Below, in pieces: positions 12,027 to 22,248 of a stretch of 42,112 bases of DNA. Under the pieces are notes generated by a model. The model was not told where the DNA came from. It saw only the letters and a list, made by a program, of their open reading frames with translations, and searched no databases. Both the position numbers and the translations under genes were made by a program. Source of the stretch: Folioceros fuciformis (lineage: Eukaryota); contig JBNGIO010006415.1 in assembly GCA_049999805.1 (NCBI GenBank), forward strand, positions 1 to 42,112. The letters are read 5' to 3'. Numbering within the stretch: the stretch's first letter is position 1; each line of letters begins with the position of its first letter.

Positions 12027-12654
12027 CTATCTCGATGCTTCGCCACGCTTTGGAGAGCTTGACTCCTGGTGATGGCTGCTGGGCTGTAACGCTGGTTGTT
12101 TTTGCTGGGCGATATCAGTGCGCGTCCATGAGAAAGAGAAGCTTGTGCTGAAAGCTATGAAGGAGACGGATGGTATGGACACTACGCTCCCGGACCCGCG
12201 GGCCAGGTACATCGCAATCGTTAGCACCGGAAGACGTGTACAAGAAAAGTGTTTCTTAACGCATGTTGATACGATTGTAGTACACGCGGCCTTCGTCTCT
12301 TCTCCAAGTCCATTTTCGGGCATTTTGGGACCCTCAAAATCTTAGCGGCGCCTTTTCATGCAACGCAGAACTTCAGACTGTGTGCTGGTGCCGAGGGAGA
12401 GGTGGCTCGTACCCATAGATGCTGTACATCGATTCGCCTGGAGATCATGAATCCCTTGCAGAAGCACGGTGGGTGGTAGCCACACATCTCCTGCAGCCCA
12501 TACGTCTGGGCACGCAGCAAACCGTGCCGTGGGTAGCACGTTCGAATTGCGAATAAGAAGCATGCGAGCATGACCAAGGTGTTAACCAGCCTGTCTCTAA
12601 TTCCCTCCATGCCCTCAGCTCATCTCGTTCTCAACCGTCCAGGTTACCATCACC

Positions 12655-14299
12655 TCAATAAGCATGTGACTTCCCCAACCTGTGCTGTTCCTCACTCTCA
12701 TAGAATAGTATGTAGCCGTGATCCGTATTGTTCGAGTACTCTTGTGCTGACCCGAAAAATGTCTGCACTACTGTCTCGTCAATCATCTCCACGTTGTCGT
12801 CATCAAAAAACAGCCAGTGGTTGTGACTCTTAACAAGGCTGACATAGTGGCCATGATTAGGTCCGCTACCCACATGAACAACGACGGCAAACAAAGAGTA
12901 CTCTGCCTCTGAATTGGGAGCGTCATCTGTTGTATTCACCAGCTTCAGCTCCAAGGGGAACACAACACGGTAAGACAGTTTTTTGTACCTCGCAAGCTGC
13001 TCGATATACTTGAAGCGTTTGAGATGCAGGGCAAGAATCTTGGGAGGAAATTTAATTTTCATTCTCTTTTGTGCTTCCTGCAAACTGCACAAACCACAAT
13101 ATCGATCTATCAGAACGTCCGCATACGCATACACATGTAAAAGAATGAGCCCAGGGCTGATATGAATCTAGTTCCATACCTACAGCACTTGTCGCAAAAG
13201 AACTTGTCTTCGGCATTGAGGGTCTCGGTAGAACTGAAATTTCGTAGACAGCTCGTGATGGAACTGTTTTGCTCAATGTCAAGACTCAAGTCTAGAAATG
13301 TTTCATCCCTGGCTGTAATGGTCTCACAACGCAGACATCTCGTCTCATTCGTCAAAATTCCCTGCAGGCACGGCATATTCATCCAACTCAAGAAATAGGC
13401 AACACATCTGCAAACAGCGGAAAACGCAGGCATGCTCCTGCTTTTCCTGCAACCATGCCACTCAATACCCAGCGTCCACATCAATCATTTTCAAACACTT
13501 CATGGTCCAGTATTGGAAGACAGATATCGCACACCTGAAATATCTTGTGTACCCATGTCATCGACTTCTGGTCGTTGCCATTGGACAGACCATTAGCTGT
13601 ACCGTTTGCTAGCTTCTCGGAAGCTTTAGCCTCTTTTTCCAGGATGTCGACCAGCTCGTTCAAGAGGAAATTCAGAAATTCATGAGCATCCTGTTCACGA
13701 TAGCAGGCCTCAGAACCCGCATTTGGCGATGAGCTCCAGATGAAAGGACCCATACCAAGGAGGAAATAAAAACCTGGTGCATGTAGCTGCGGAACAGCTC
13801 ATTCTGCTTCTTAACCCTCTGCACAAAGCGTTTCGGGGAAAGCACCCCAGTCTTCTTCTTGTGAGAATTTATCTACAGAAACCATTCCACAGTCAGGCTG
13901 AGAGCACAAATTTCGGAAATCACGTGCACAATAGACAAGTATCTGGCTGGAAGGGACTCACGAGAGACAACCTGCGTGAAGAGGTCAGACAAGCAAATCA
14001 AGAGGTTGTCCTCTGCTTCACCCACGTTTTTACAGCGACTACAATACTCCAGTAGCTGATTCCGGAAAGGCACACAGAAATACAGGGCCTGGAAACAAGA
14101 TCGGCGTGCTCAGAGTCCGCCCAGGCACAGCATACCCTGACCTGACCATTGCAAAAGTCAGATCCCGTCTAATGGAAAAAACCTGCAGCACGCTGTTACA
14201 GTAGCAGGTATTTCCGAAGTTCTCAAGCCCGAAGTAGCGCTCCCCTTCTGGAAATTGGTCACCAAGCACTTTCTCTAACTTTGAACCGGAAGTTCCCAT
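12655..14299 (-). CDS. UBP3: Ubiquitin-specific protease, UBP3/UBP4 (USP12/46) type, ~366 aa; exons 14299-14183, 14088-13972, 13872-13774, 13690-13535, 13361-13180, 13084-12655
   Basis: [39 protein letters not shown] Cys box, HQDAHEF, and His box [11 protein letters not shown]...FDDD. Intron phases are consistent. An alternative in-frame ATG lies at 14305. Confidence 0.96.
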
Positions 14300-14606
14300 G
14301 ACCATACCCTCGCGCCGCTTACACTCCACGCTCCGCCGGGTTACCTCTTCACACCAGCGCACGCTACAACTATGCACGACTTTAATGGCGCTGTGTCATG
14401 GGATTGAACCTCCGAGGTCCAACCAAAGAAGGACGTATGCAAGTAGCTACTCTAGTAAAGGGATTCAACAACGATCAAGTTTGTTCAGCCCATCAAGTTT
14501 CCTAGGGCTGTGTTTTCGTTGCCTCAACAGATGGGCGTCGACTATACACTGTAGGCTAGGGTTTACTTCAAGAGACCCGCCCGTTGCATCCACAAATGTA
14601 AATATA

Positions 14607-15545
14607 TTTTTGCCTCCTTGCTGCTGGATCTATCCTGCGCGATGCGTGCAAACGAACATACCCTAGTGTTAAGTAGTTAGCTGTCCTCTGCGTTAGTCTT
14701 GTGTCTTCGTGCTTAATGGTGATCTGTCCGTACTCTCATCGTCAATCTGGGGCAGGGTGCGACGCATCGCCGGGCAACCACTGTGCCCATCTGTGTGCTT
14801 CAGGAAACGCCGTTGCGAATGCTGTTGTGGCGAACACATGATGCCCTGAGGCCGTTCTCTGTCGTGTATCGCACCTTGCCCCGTTATTGACATGTTTGCA
14901 TCTTTCATCCACGGAAAGATGCGCAGCTCAGGAATGAAGCCAGAAGAGAACGCTATGAGGTTGAATTTGAACTCACTTAGGTACCTCCGAACCTCTTAGG
15001 CGGAGAAACCCTGCGAAATTAGGTCTAGGTATTGCGTTTTCAATGGTTTGCTTCGTCACGGAGTGAGGAAAGGTTTGTAGGGGAGGCTGTAGCAGGGTCT
15101 CGTCCTGTTTTTGCCTCCCTTCATGTGTCTCTCGGCTGCGAGGTGGGTGCGAACGAACAAACCCTAATGTGATTTGGTTAGCTCTTCTGTGTTGTTCTTG
15201 TTTCCTTGCCTTCGTAACGGTGACGCAGGGTGTGGTACATCACAAGGCAACCACTTTTTGTGCCCATCTGTTTGCTTCATGGAATGTTGCGAACGCTGTT
15301 CTGGCAGTCTCATGATGCTCAGAAGTCGTTGCTGGTGACGCATCGGACGTTGCCCCGTTATTGACACGTTTGCATCATCCACCCATGGAAAGAAGAGCAG
15401 CTGAGGAAAGAAGCTAGAAGCCATGAGTTTGAACTCATGAAGGTACGTCCGAACTTCGTAGCTGGAGAAACACTGCGAGATGAGGTCTAGGGGTTGTGTG
15501 TTCAATGGTTTGCTGCGTCAAGGGCTGTGTGGAGGCTGGGAGGCG
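14607..15545. repeat. Diverged ~500-bp direct tandem duplication (2 copies)
   Basis: Shared blocks in the same order: TTTTGCCTCC, GTGC.AACGAACA.ACCCTA, TGTGCCCATCTGT, TTGCCCCGTTATTGACA.GTTTGCATC, TTTGAACTCA, TTCAATGGTTTGCT. Copies start at about 14607 and 15108. Confidence 0.9.
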
Positions 15546-16101
15546 ATGTTGTAGCAGACTGTCGTCGTTGTAGCAGACTGTCGACCCGTTGTGGCAAATT
15601 TGGTGGACAGCTCAGGGAGCCAAGTACTTGATGCTGGTTAGCGCCTGCTTATGTTGGCATGAATGTATTGTGTGCAGTTACACATTCACACACTTGCCAA
15701 CAGTACCATGTGCCCGGATAAGGGAGATGACTTCGGTAAAGAGCGCCAGGTTCCCTGAAAGAACATTCCCTGAATGTTCCCTGAAACACGCCAACATTCT
15801 CCTGTCTCGAGTACCCAACATCAGCGGTACTTGTTCGATGTTTTTTGGGATAAGACCCAACGAAAGCGCATGACTGCCAACCGCAGCTGCGGTGCAAGCA
15901 TGTAAGGAGTAACAGTAAAATAAGAGGCGATCAATGGCTGCGGAAGCCGAATTGGAGAAGCTAGCTTTGACGGCATGAGGACATTATTACAACCGTGTCC
16001 TAAAAGTGACGAGGAAACTTGGATTAAAAGTACCGCGATTGGCATCCTCGCGAATGAAAGCGCTACAGCCAAAACAAATCTAGCCCCCTAGATCGTGGTT
16101 T

Positions 16102-17825
16102 CTAGCGCCTTCTGCACACAACAAATCACCCGGTGAGCTACCGAGTACGCACATTGAGGAAGATAGTAATTTGGGCACCACTGACAGGGACATACTGGGC
16201 CGTGCACCTTTTTTGCCTGCTCCGATCCTCATCCACATAATCCATCACCAATGGCCCTGCTTCCGAGTACACAGGGTCTTGCTGCCCACGCAAATTGTCC
16301 TCTGCCTGCTTTACACGACCGTGTACAAAAGCTTCTGCCAGGAAGTGAGAAAGTACATCGACCATGTGTAATCTCCTTCAACTAATGTAGCTGCAGCTGG
16401 ATGGGATTATCAGACGATTTTCCCATGCTACGAGCAGGACAGACACTAAGCATCAACATAGAGGATTTGTCACCAACCTTGAGAGACTTTCTGATCTCCT
16501 CTGCCTTCTCTTCTACTTCCTTCTTGTGCCTTCTATCGATCTCGCTCATGCTGTCAGCCCACCTTATCTTTTCTTGAATGGTATGTAAAAGTGTTTCGGA
16601 ATTCCCCAGCCTGCAACAAAAAAACCCCAAAGGTAATAAAAAAGGCATACGGACCAGGACCAGGACATCCTTCCAGGTCTGGCACTGCTACTTCACATAC
16701 TTACCAATCAGTGAGAGTATGTATCATGTTATCAAGTTGACCTGGTCTCAAGTCCCTACCAGCAGCAAATTGTACCTGCTTACAAGGATATCATACACCA
16801 AAGAGTTAAGACATTACAACCAAACCTGGCCTGAACTGAAACCACATAGTCACAAAGCCAATCCAGCTAACAGACGCTGCTACTTGCCTCAAAGCACCTG
16901 CGCCGTTGGTCCAGCTTGCCTCTCACAATACCCTGTAAGAGAACCAGAGGGCCAGTCAAGCACAAGCCAAGCCTGCTCATACAAGAAGGGCCCTGGGTAA
17001 ACGCAACCACACCTACCGCATACATGCAGTCATTGATAAGAAGATCCTCGAGCTCGCGGACGTTCGACACATCTAGTTGTTGCATGAGTAGATCGTAAGG
17101 CAGCACCTGTTCAAACCCCATTCATTATCATCATACGAACCTGTCCAGCAGGCAGGTAACAATTACTCCAACTTTCTCTACAAGCCAGCCAACTCCAAAA
17201 CTAGGGATATCTCTCTCTCTCTCCCTCTCCCGTGACATCAAACCACCTCCCACCTAACGAGCCAGCTCTCCACCCAGCCCAGTCAGAAAAATCTCGAAAA
17301 CGAGAGAGCGAATTCGCACCTTGGACGTCTCAGCCAACGTCATTACAGTCAACTGCTTGAGCTTCAGCTTCTGCTGCGGTTGCAATTCCGGAAGATGATG
17401 CACGTTATCTGCGGGGCACGTCCTACCTCAGTACCCTAACCCAGGAGTCCTCAAAAGCCACCGCATCCCCTAACCTACAGATCCCTGGAAAGGCCGCACA
17501 GAAAATTTTACTCTTGTAATCCGTCCAGGTCCCGTGTGCAAAAAGCCGCAGAAGATCAAGATAGCTGGACTGTTCCGTTCCATGCAGCTGCAATTGTAGA
17601 AGAAATGTCAGAACATGCAGCAAAAGCACAACATTGCTGTACAGAGAAAGACTCGAATTTTCAAACCTCCTGAATATGCGGCACAGACAGGAGCTCGGAG
17701 AAAGCATAGAGCGATGGATCCGAGGAGGCGTGCATGATGAGCTCCGCGGCTGCTCTGCCCCGCGCGCTCTTGGCCAGGACCAGGAACTGCTCCACCAGCT
17801 CTGCCTGCCGCATTTCCACCTCCAT
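16102..17825 (-). CDS. CSN7: COP9 signalosome subunit 7, ~256 aa; exons 17825-17667, 17587-17512, 17408-17320, 17106-17017, 16932-16888, 16775-16705, 16610-16478, 16305-16208, 16111-16102
   Basis: SLYAFSELL, LLRLFAHGTWTDYK, KLKQLTVMTLAE, NVRELEDLLINDCMYAGIVRGKLDQ (PCI domain), VQFAAGRDLRPGQL, C-terminal KRRR. One GC-AG intron (GAG|GCAAGT at 16887). Confidence 0.95.
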
Positions 17826-18417
17826 CACGCCGTTCGTTCGTCACGTTCCTGGCCGCTTCAGATCCACCCTCCTTTCTTGCCTGGTTGCCGCGATTGAAAG
17901 CTTTTGGATGGCGTGTGAAGGCTTGCTCCCATCGGGTAGGGCGGAGGAAGAGTAGAGGTTCTCTCTAAGAGACGTCTCGGTCTTCGCTGTTTTAGGCTTT
18001 CGCCTATGTTCTCTGGCCAGCGGGCTTAAGATCTTCTCCACTTTGTTGATTCTGTATAGCTACGCAGATTTCTCTATTACGTGTCGAGTTTCAGTTTTTT
18101 TTTTTTTTTCTGTGTGTTTTCCACTGAATGGTGGTGGCTAGAGGCTGGAACATTTGCGCCGCGACTCTACGCCCGTGCTTCGGCTGTCTTCCTGACTTTC
18201 ATTGCAAATTTCCTTTCCGAAAGGTTCAGGTACTGATTTGTTCAAAATTAGTCAGGTTCTCTTTCACATTTGAAGTACATACTTCGAACTTCATGGGGTT
18301 CATACTATAGAAGAACGTCATAGTACGCGCGGGAAAACGACATGCTTTTCAAACCATAAATTTCAACGTCACAATCCTTTCAAACCCGAGACCAGGACCA
18401 CGGCTTGCACAGAAGCC

Positions 18418-18515
18418 TGCTGGTGTCAGATAGGAGCGAAAGACTTACGGCTCAAGTTCTTCAGCGCAGCTATTTCACTGCTCAGGTGAACTATGCAAGT
18501 CATCTCTCACCAGCA
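18418..18515 (-). ncRNA. C/D-box snoRNA with two 25S guides (predicted targets equivalent to yeast Am807 and Gm908)
   Basis: Terminal stem UGCUGGUG/CACCAGCA; C-like box GAGAUGA. D' CUGA is preceded by GCAUAGUUCAC (antisense to 25S GUGAACUAUGC). D CUGA is preceded by AGUCUUUCGCUCCUAU (antisense to 25S AUAGGGGCGAAAGACU, one G:U pair). Confidence 0.88.
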
Positions 18516-18558
18516 AGGACGCTACTGATCTTAAACACACAAACCACTATACGGACAA

Positions 18559-18652
18559 AACGAAGCCTCAGTCACCATAGTTAGGTGTCAGCACTGCTGA
18601 AAAACAGCTTAGATATATGCTTGTCATGTGATCGGCATCCCTAGCCGTCGTT
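18559..18652 (-). ncRNA. C/D-box snoRNA, U27/snR74-like paralog with degenerate boxes (18S Am28 guide)
   Basis: Guide GACAAGCAUAU is antisense to 18S AUAUGCUUGUC and precedes a D'-like CUAA; the +5 rule gives A28. C' GUGCUGA, D CUGA, imperfect terminal stem, weak C box GGGAUGC. Confidence 0.75.
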
Positions 18653-18740
18653 CCGCACAAAATTGATGCATACAGCTAAACGTAACCCTACAGAACAGCT
18701 AGATACACACCCCTAGATTACATCAGACCTAGATGGACAC

Positions 18741-18835
18741 CGAAAGGCTTCAGCTCGTCCTAGTCTGTAAAATTCCGCATCGCTGAAAGCAGCTCAGCTA
18801 TATGCTTGCCAAGTTTTCACATCATTAGCCTTCCG
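18741..18835 (-). ncRNA. C/D-box snoRNA with two 18S guides (Am28, U27-like; and the U in CCGUCCUAGUCU near position 1010)
   Basis: 9-bp terminal stem CGGAAGGCU/AGCCUUUCG; C box AUGAUGU. D' CUGA follows GGCAAGCAUAU-AG. D CUGA follows AGACUAGGACG-AG (antisense to plant 18S CGUCCUAGUCU). Confidence 0.88.
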
Positions 18836-18919
18836 ACGAATAGAAACAACAGCAGACAAAAGCGGGCACAAGAAGGAACTACGCTGTTCCAAGGTATTAC
18901 TATTACCGAGCAAGCATAG

Positions 18920-19003
18920 GTCGAGTCAGAACCGTAGTAATTTGCTGTCCACAGTGTTTTTCAGACAGGGATAACTGATAACTTATGCTTCATCACCCTC
19001 GAC
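18920..19003 (-). ncRNA. C/D-box snoRNA, snR38-like (25S Gm2815 equivalent), with a second 13-nt 18S guide
   Basis: Stem GUCGAG/CUCGAC; perfect C box GUGAUGA. D' CUGA follows CAGUUAUCCCUGU (antisense to 25S ACAGGGAUAACUG). D CUGA follows AAUUACUACGGUU (antisense to 18S AACCGUAGUAAUU). Confidence 0.92.
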
Positions 19004-19156
19004 TCAGCAGCCGCCAAGAAGGCCAACCAACCACATCAGTAACAACGCACATACTCTCGCCCACGTTAACGCAGAAAAATAAACAGACAGACCACATGGA
19101 CGCCCACAAGCAAACAAGCCTGACCCTAGTGGCAGCACCGCAAGAGAGAAACAACC

Positions 19157-19237
19157 GAACCAGAGCCGATCAAAACTTGTCCGAATCGTTGTTCAGACAG
19201 AGCTAACTGATTGAATAAACTTCACCGCTCCTGGCTC
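19157..19237 (-). ncRNA. Degenerate snR38-like snoRNA paralog, possibly a pseudogene
   Basis: CAGUUAGCUCUGU-CUGA differs from the neighbouring guide at 2 positions. C-like GUGAAGU, D-like UUGA, flanking stem GAGCCAGGAGC/GCUCUGGUUC. Confidence 0.55.
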
Positions 19238-19269
19238 CGCTCCTGGCTCCGCTCCTGGCTCCGCTCCTG
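19225..19269 (+). repeat. 12-bp tandem repeat (CCGCTCCTGGCT) x3.75
   Basis: Exact copies at 19225, 19237 and 19249; partial copy at 19261. Confidence 0.95.
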
Positions 19270-19798
19270 TAGCCTCTTACACGCGCACACAACACAAAGA
19301 TGCAATGAGGCTGCCAGGCCGGCGGCGCAAAACAGACGGACACAAGGCCGCAAGATCGTCTCCGCCTGCAGATACCGCTCCTCGCGGCGGAGAGGGAGCT
19401 CAAGCACGAGAGTGCAAATGGAGAGACCTAATACGTAGGTATAACCTAGCTAGATTGGCCAAGACTGGAAATGGTGCAGAGGAAGCCCTAAAGCGGCAAA
19501 GGCAGAGTTAGGGCAGCCGCGGTCGAGACAAATCCCGGGGTACAATGGGGACAGGAAATGGCTTCAAACAAATGTTACCGACAGGAGGGGCTGGCGAAGC
19601 GTCCGAAGATGGCATGTGAGGCCGACGGTGAGGGGAGAGCCAGATGGGGGAGCGGATCCGCGACAAACATTCGTTCATGGGGCAGTCAGTGCCGCAGTGG
19701 CAATGTAGTGTGTGCCGTGGTAATGGAGTTCCGTTTGCGCCAGCACGCCGTTCGGGAGGCGGAACGAAAGTGTAGGCACAGAGCACGAGCAAGCAGTC

Positions 19799-19939
19799 TG
19801 CATGTGCGCATGCAACGGCGGGGTTCCGTCTGGTCGACACGTCTACCACAGGATTCACCACTTTTATTCAGCCCAGGCCGGGCGTTCTCCATCACTTTGT
19901 CGTGTCACGTGCTTGCATCGTCGCCTATTAAAACGTGTC
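19799..19939 (+). promoter_or_regulatory. Oleosin promoter with RY-like and ABRE/G-box motifs and a TATA-like element
   Basis: TGCATG at 19799, CATGCA at 19809, GACACGT at 19836, CACGTG at 19906, TATTAAAA at ~19926, ACGTGTC at 19933. A probable 5'UTR intron follows at 19944-20183 (GAG|GTAAGT...TGCAG). Confidence 0.55.
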
Positions 19940-20205
19940 AGAGGTAAGTTGGCAATCCCGCTGCGGACATCGCCTCTGCTCTGTACTGTACGAGCAGTTT
20001 CTCGCCTCCACGAGCGCTACTTTACTACGTAGGAGTTGTTTTGCCCCAAGCAGCAGGTTGATCACCTCCTGGTGCCGATTCATGCATGTCGCAGAACCTG
20101 CTTGCTTGATGAGCTAGGGTAGAACTCTTGTGTGCATGGATTTCCGTGGGATGATTCTGCTTGATAAGGATGATATGCTGCAGGTGTGTGTGATCCGCCA
20201 CAGTC

Positions 20206-20703
20206 ATGGGAGACCGGCTGGTTGACCGTCCCCGAGAGAAGATGCACGAGGGGGCGGACAAGGCGCAGAATGTGTTTCACTCGATCCAGGAGCGCGCACC
20301 TACCACTCGACAGGTGCTGGGACTGTTCGCGCTGCTGGCGGTGGGAGCGGTCGTGCTGGTTCTAGGAGGACTGACGGTCGGGGGTGCGATCCTGGGGCTC
20401 ATCGCATTGACGCCGGTGCTCATCTTTTTCAGCCCGGTGCTCGTCCCGCTCGCGACTATCTTGTTTTTCACGGTCGGAGGTTTCTTCGTCGCCGCCGCCA
20501 CAGCGGTGGCGGCCTTCTCGGGAGTGTCATGGCTCTACAACTACGTCAAGGGCCGTCACCCGCCAGGTTCGGATCAGGTGGAAGCTGCTAGGAATCGTCT
20601 GTCCGAGACTGCTGCTCATGTGAAGGAGAGAGCCCGTGAGTATGGTTCCAATGTCACAGGTTTGCTGCAGCACAAGACGCAGGAAGTAGCACCTGGAGCT
20701 TGA
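20206..20703 (+). CDS. Oleosin (lipid droplet protein), 165 aa, single coding exon
   Basis: ~70-aa hydrophobic hairpin with proline knot PVLIFFSPVLVP (PX5SPX3P), followed by WLYNYVKGRHPPGSDQVEAAR. Confidence 0.97.
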   Translation: MGDRLVDRPREKMHEGADKAQNVFHSIQERAPTTRQVLGLFALLAVGAVVLVLGGLTVGGAILGLIALTPVLIFFSPVLVPLATILFFTVGGFFVAAATAVAAFSGVSWLYNYVKGRHPPGSDQVEAARNRLSETAAHVKERAREYGSNVTGLLQHKTQEVAPGA

Positions 20704-21788
20704 GTGATGAAGAAGAGGTTATAACCGCGTTCGAGGTAGGATAGGCCGGGCAGAAAACTTTTGACACAGGAAGGAAGCTGCCTTGTAGTCCTGTGCGCCT
20801 TCTGTGTAGATAGATTCGACGGTTTCATCCGCTTCCGAGGTTGGCGGTTATACAGACCATGGATTTCGGGTCTAGATTAGCATGGTTCCGGGCGGCGGGG
20901 AGCCCTGACGATCTGCAGCCTGTAGTGCTATGCGCTGTACTGGTTGGTTTTGTCCAATTTTTCGAAACGAATGAATAGTTAACTTCACTTTTGTGGATCT
21001 CCCCCCTGCTTTATCTCTTTAGTTCGTTTGCTTGTTACTAGTTCTTTTCTCTTCTGTTTTCGTAACTTGGAAGGTCCTACAAGTTCCCTGCAGTCATGGG
21101 AGTTGGGATATCTCTTTAGGTTCCTCTAGGTACTAGAAGTTACGAAGCTACCGCATGTTACGAAGTTTCTGCATGTGTTCTTTTTGCACATTCATCGTTT
21201 TTCTCTCTCAGGATGTGTCGCGCTTTCTGGTTCTTTGTGCGTAATTTTCAACTGATTTTGCAGATCTGAAGGTGGATACTGATGAGGCTCTGGGTTCATT
21301 TGGTGGCGACACTGCTTCGGAATCTCCTTCCCCACCAGGTATAGCTTTCGTAACAAGCTTTGTCAGACGTGTCTGCTTGATCAGGATGCATGGTTTAACG
21401 CTTTGGGATGACAGGGTCCGGACGTCATGACGAACATCGGCAAAGGTCTTACAGGCGGAGTAGATCTGCCACATCCCCAGAGGGTCGCAGGGTAACTACA
21501 GGATCTGGTGGGCATGGCTCATTCCGCAAGATGTTGAGCCATCTGAGAGATTCCTTTGCTGTCCCTTACTCCTGAAGCTCCTGTATAGGCCCGAGGGTAT
21601 GCAATTCGGATTTGTCAGAACATCATGTATATGGGTGCCTGGACTCTATAGCCTAGCCAAAAGCTGTCTCAGGGCAGCTGTAGAGTGACATAATGGAAGG
21701 CAATGGACACAACTTTTGCAGGTCATACGTAGCCGGCGGGCGTAAAATTGGGTAGTATACTTGGAACTTTTGATCTGTGGCTGGATCT

Positions 21789-22248
21789 TCAAGCTCCGCC
21801 TGCAGGCAAGCGCAAAACGTCAGCCTTTCAAGTTTGTAAATTGCTCTGGACTACCTCCAAAGCGCAGCACGCTCTTTAGCTACTCACCGCCGCAGGACGC
21901 GCCGGGAGGAACTCCCACAAATCCACACTTCTGCGGCAACTCGAGTAGGGCCGTGCGGTTCAATCCAGGGATCGGCATTTCGGGATCTTCGAGAGAGCAG
22001 AAGCAGGCCGGGTCGACGGTCTCAACAGCCTGGCAGCAGGCCGGAAGAGGGTCGGGCGGATTCCAGAAGCTGCCGACGGCGACAAACACACTCGGAAGAC
22101 ACAGCTGCATCTGCGCCAATGCGGCCTTGCAATCCACCGCCGGCGAGAAGGGCGTCCCTAGGCCTGCCTGCGTCTGCTGGTTGCTGACTTTGAGCGTGGC
22201 CGACACTAGGATCGCCATGGCCAGTGCGACCGACATCGAGGGCTGCAT
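21789..22248 (-). CDS. Non-specific lipid transfer protein, type-D-like (exons 22248-21888, 21799-21789)
   Basis: Signal-peptide-like N-terminus and 8-Cys motif C-C-CC-CFC-C-C. A GTGAGT donor lies 4 nt after the last Cys codon. The tiny second exon gives a C-terminus CGGGA*, with no GPI tail. Confidence 0.85.

Noticed and set aside
12027-12345. Gene fragment downstream of UBP
   Set aside because: Short ORFs on both strands with no identifiable similarity.
14385-14440. tRNA or SINE suggested by a minus-strand GGTTCAATCCC B-box
   Set aside because: No A box, acceptor stem or cloverleaf could be built.
15108-15545. Telomerase RNA or RNase MRP RNA (AAACCCTAA; AATAACGGGGC)
   Set aside because: No USE/TATA Pol III promoter or other conserved blocks were seen, and the two motifs lie on opposite strands.
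20206-22248. Oleosin plus LTP as a lipid gene cluster
   Set aside because: Only two convergent genes from common families, so adjacency is plausibly chance.
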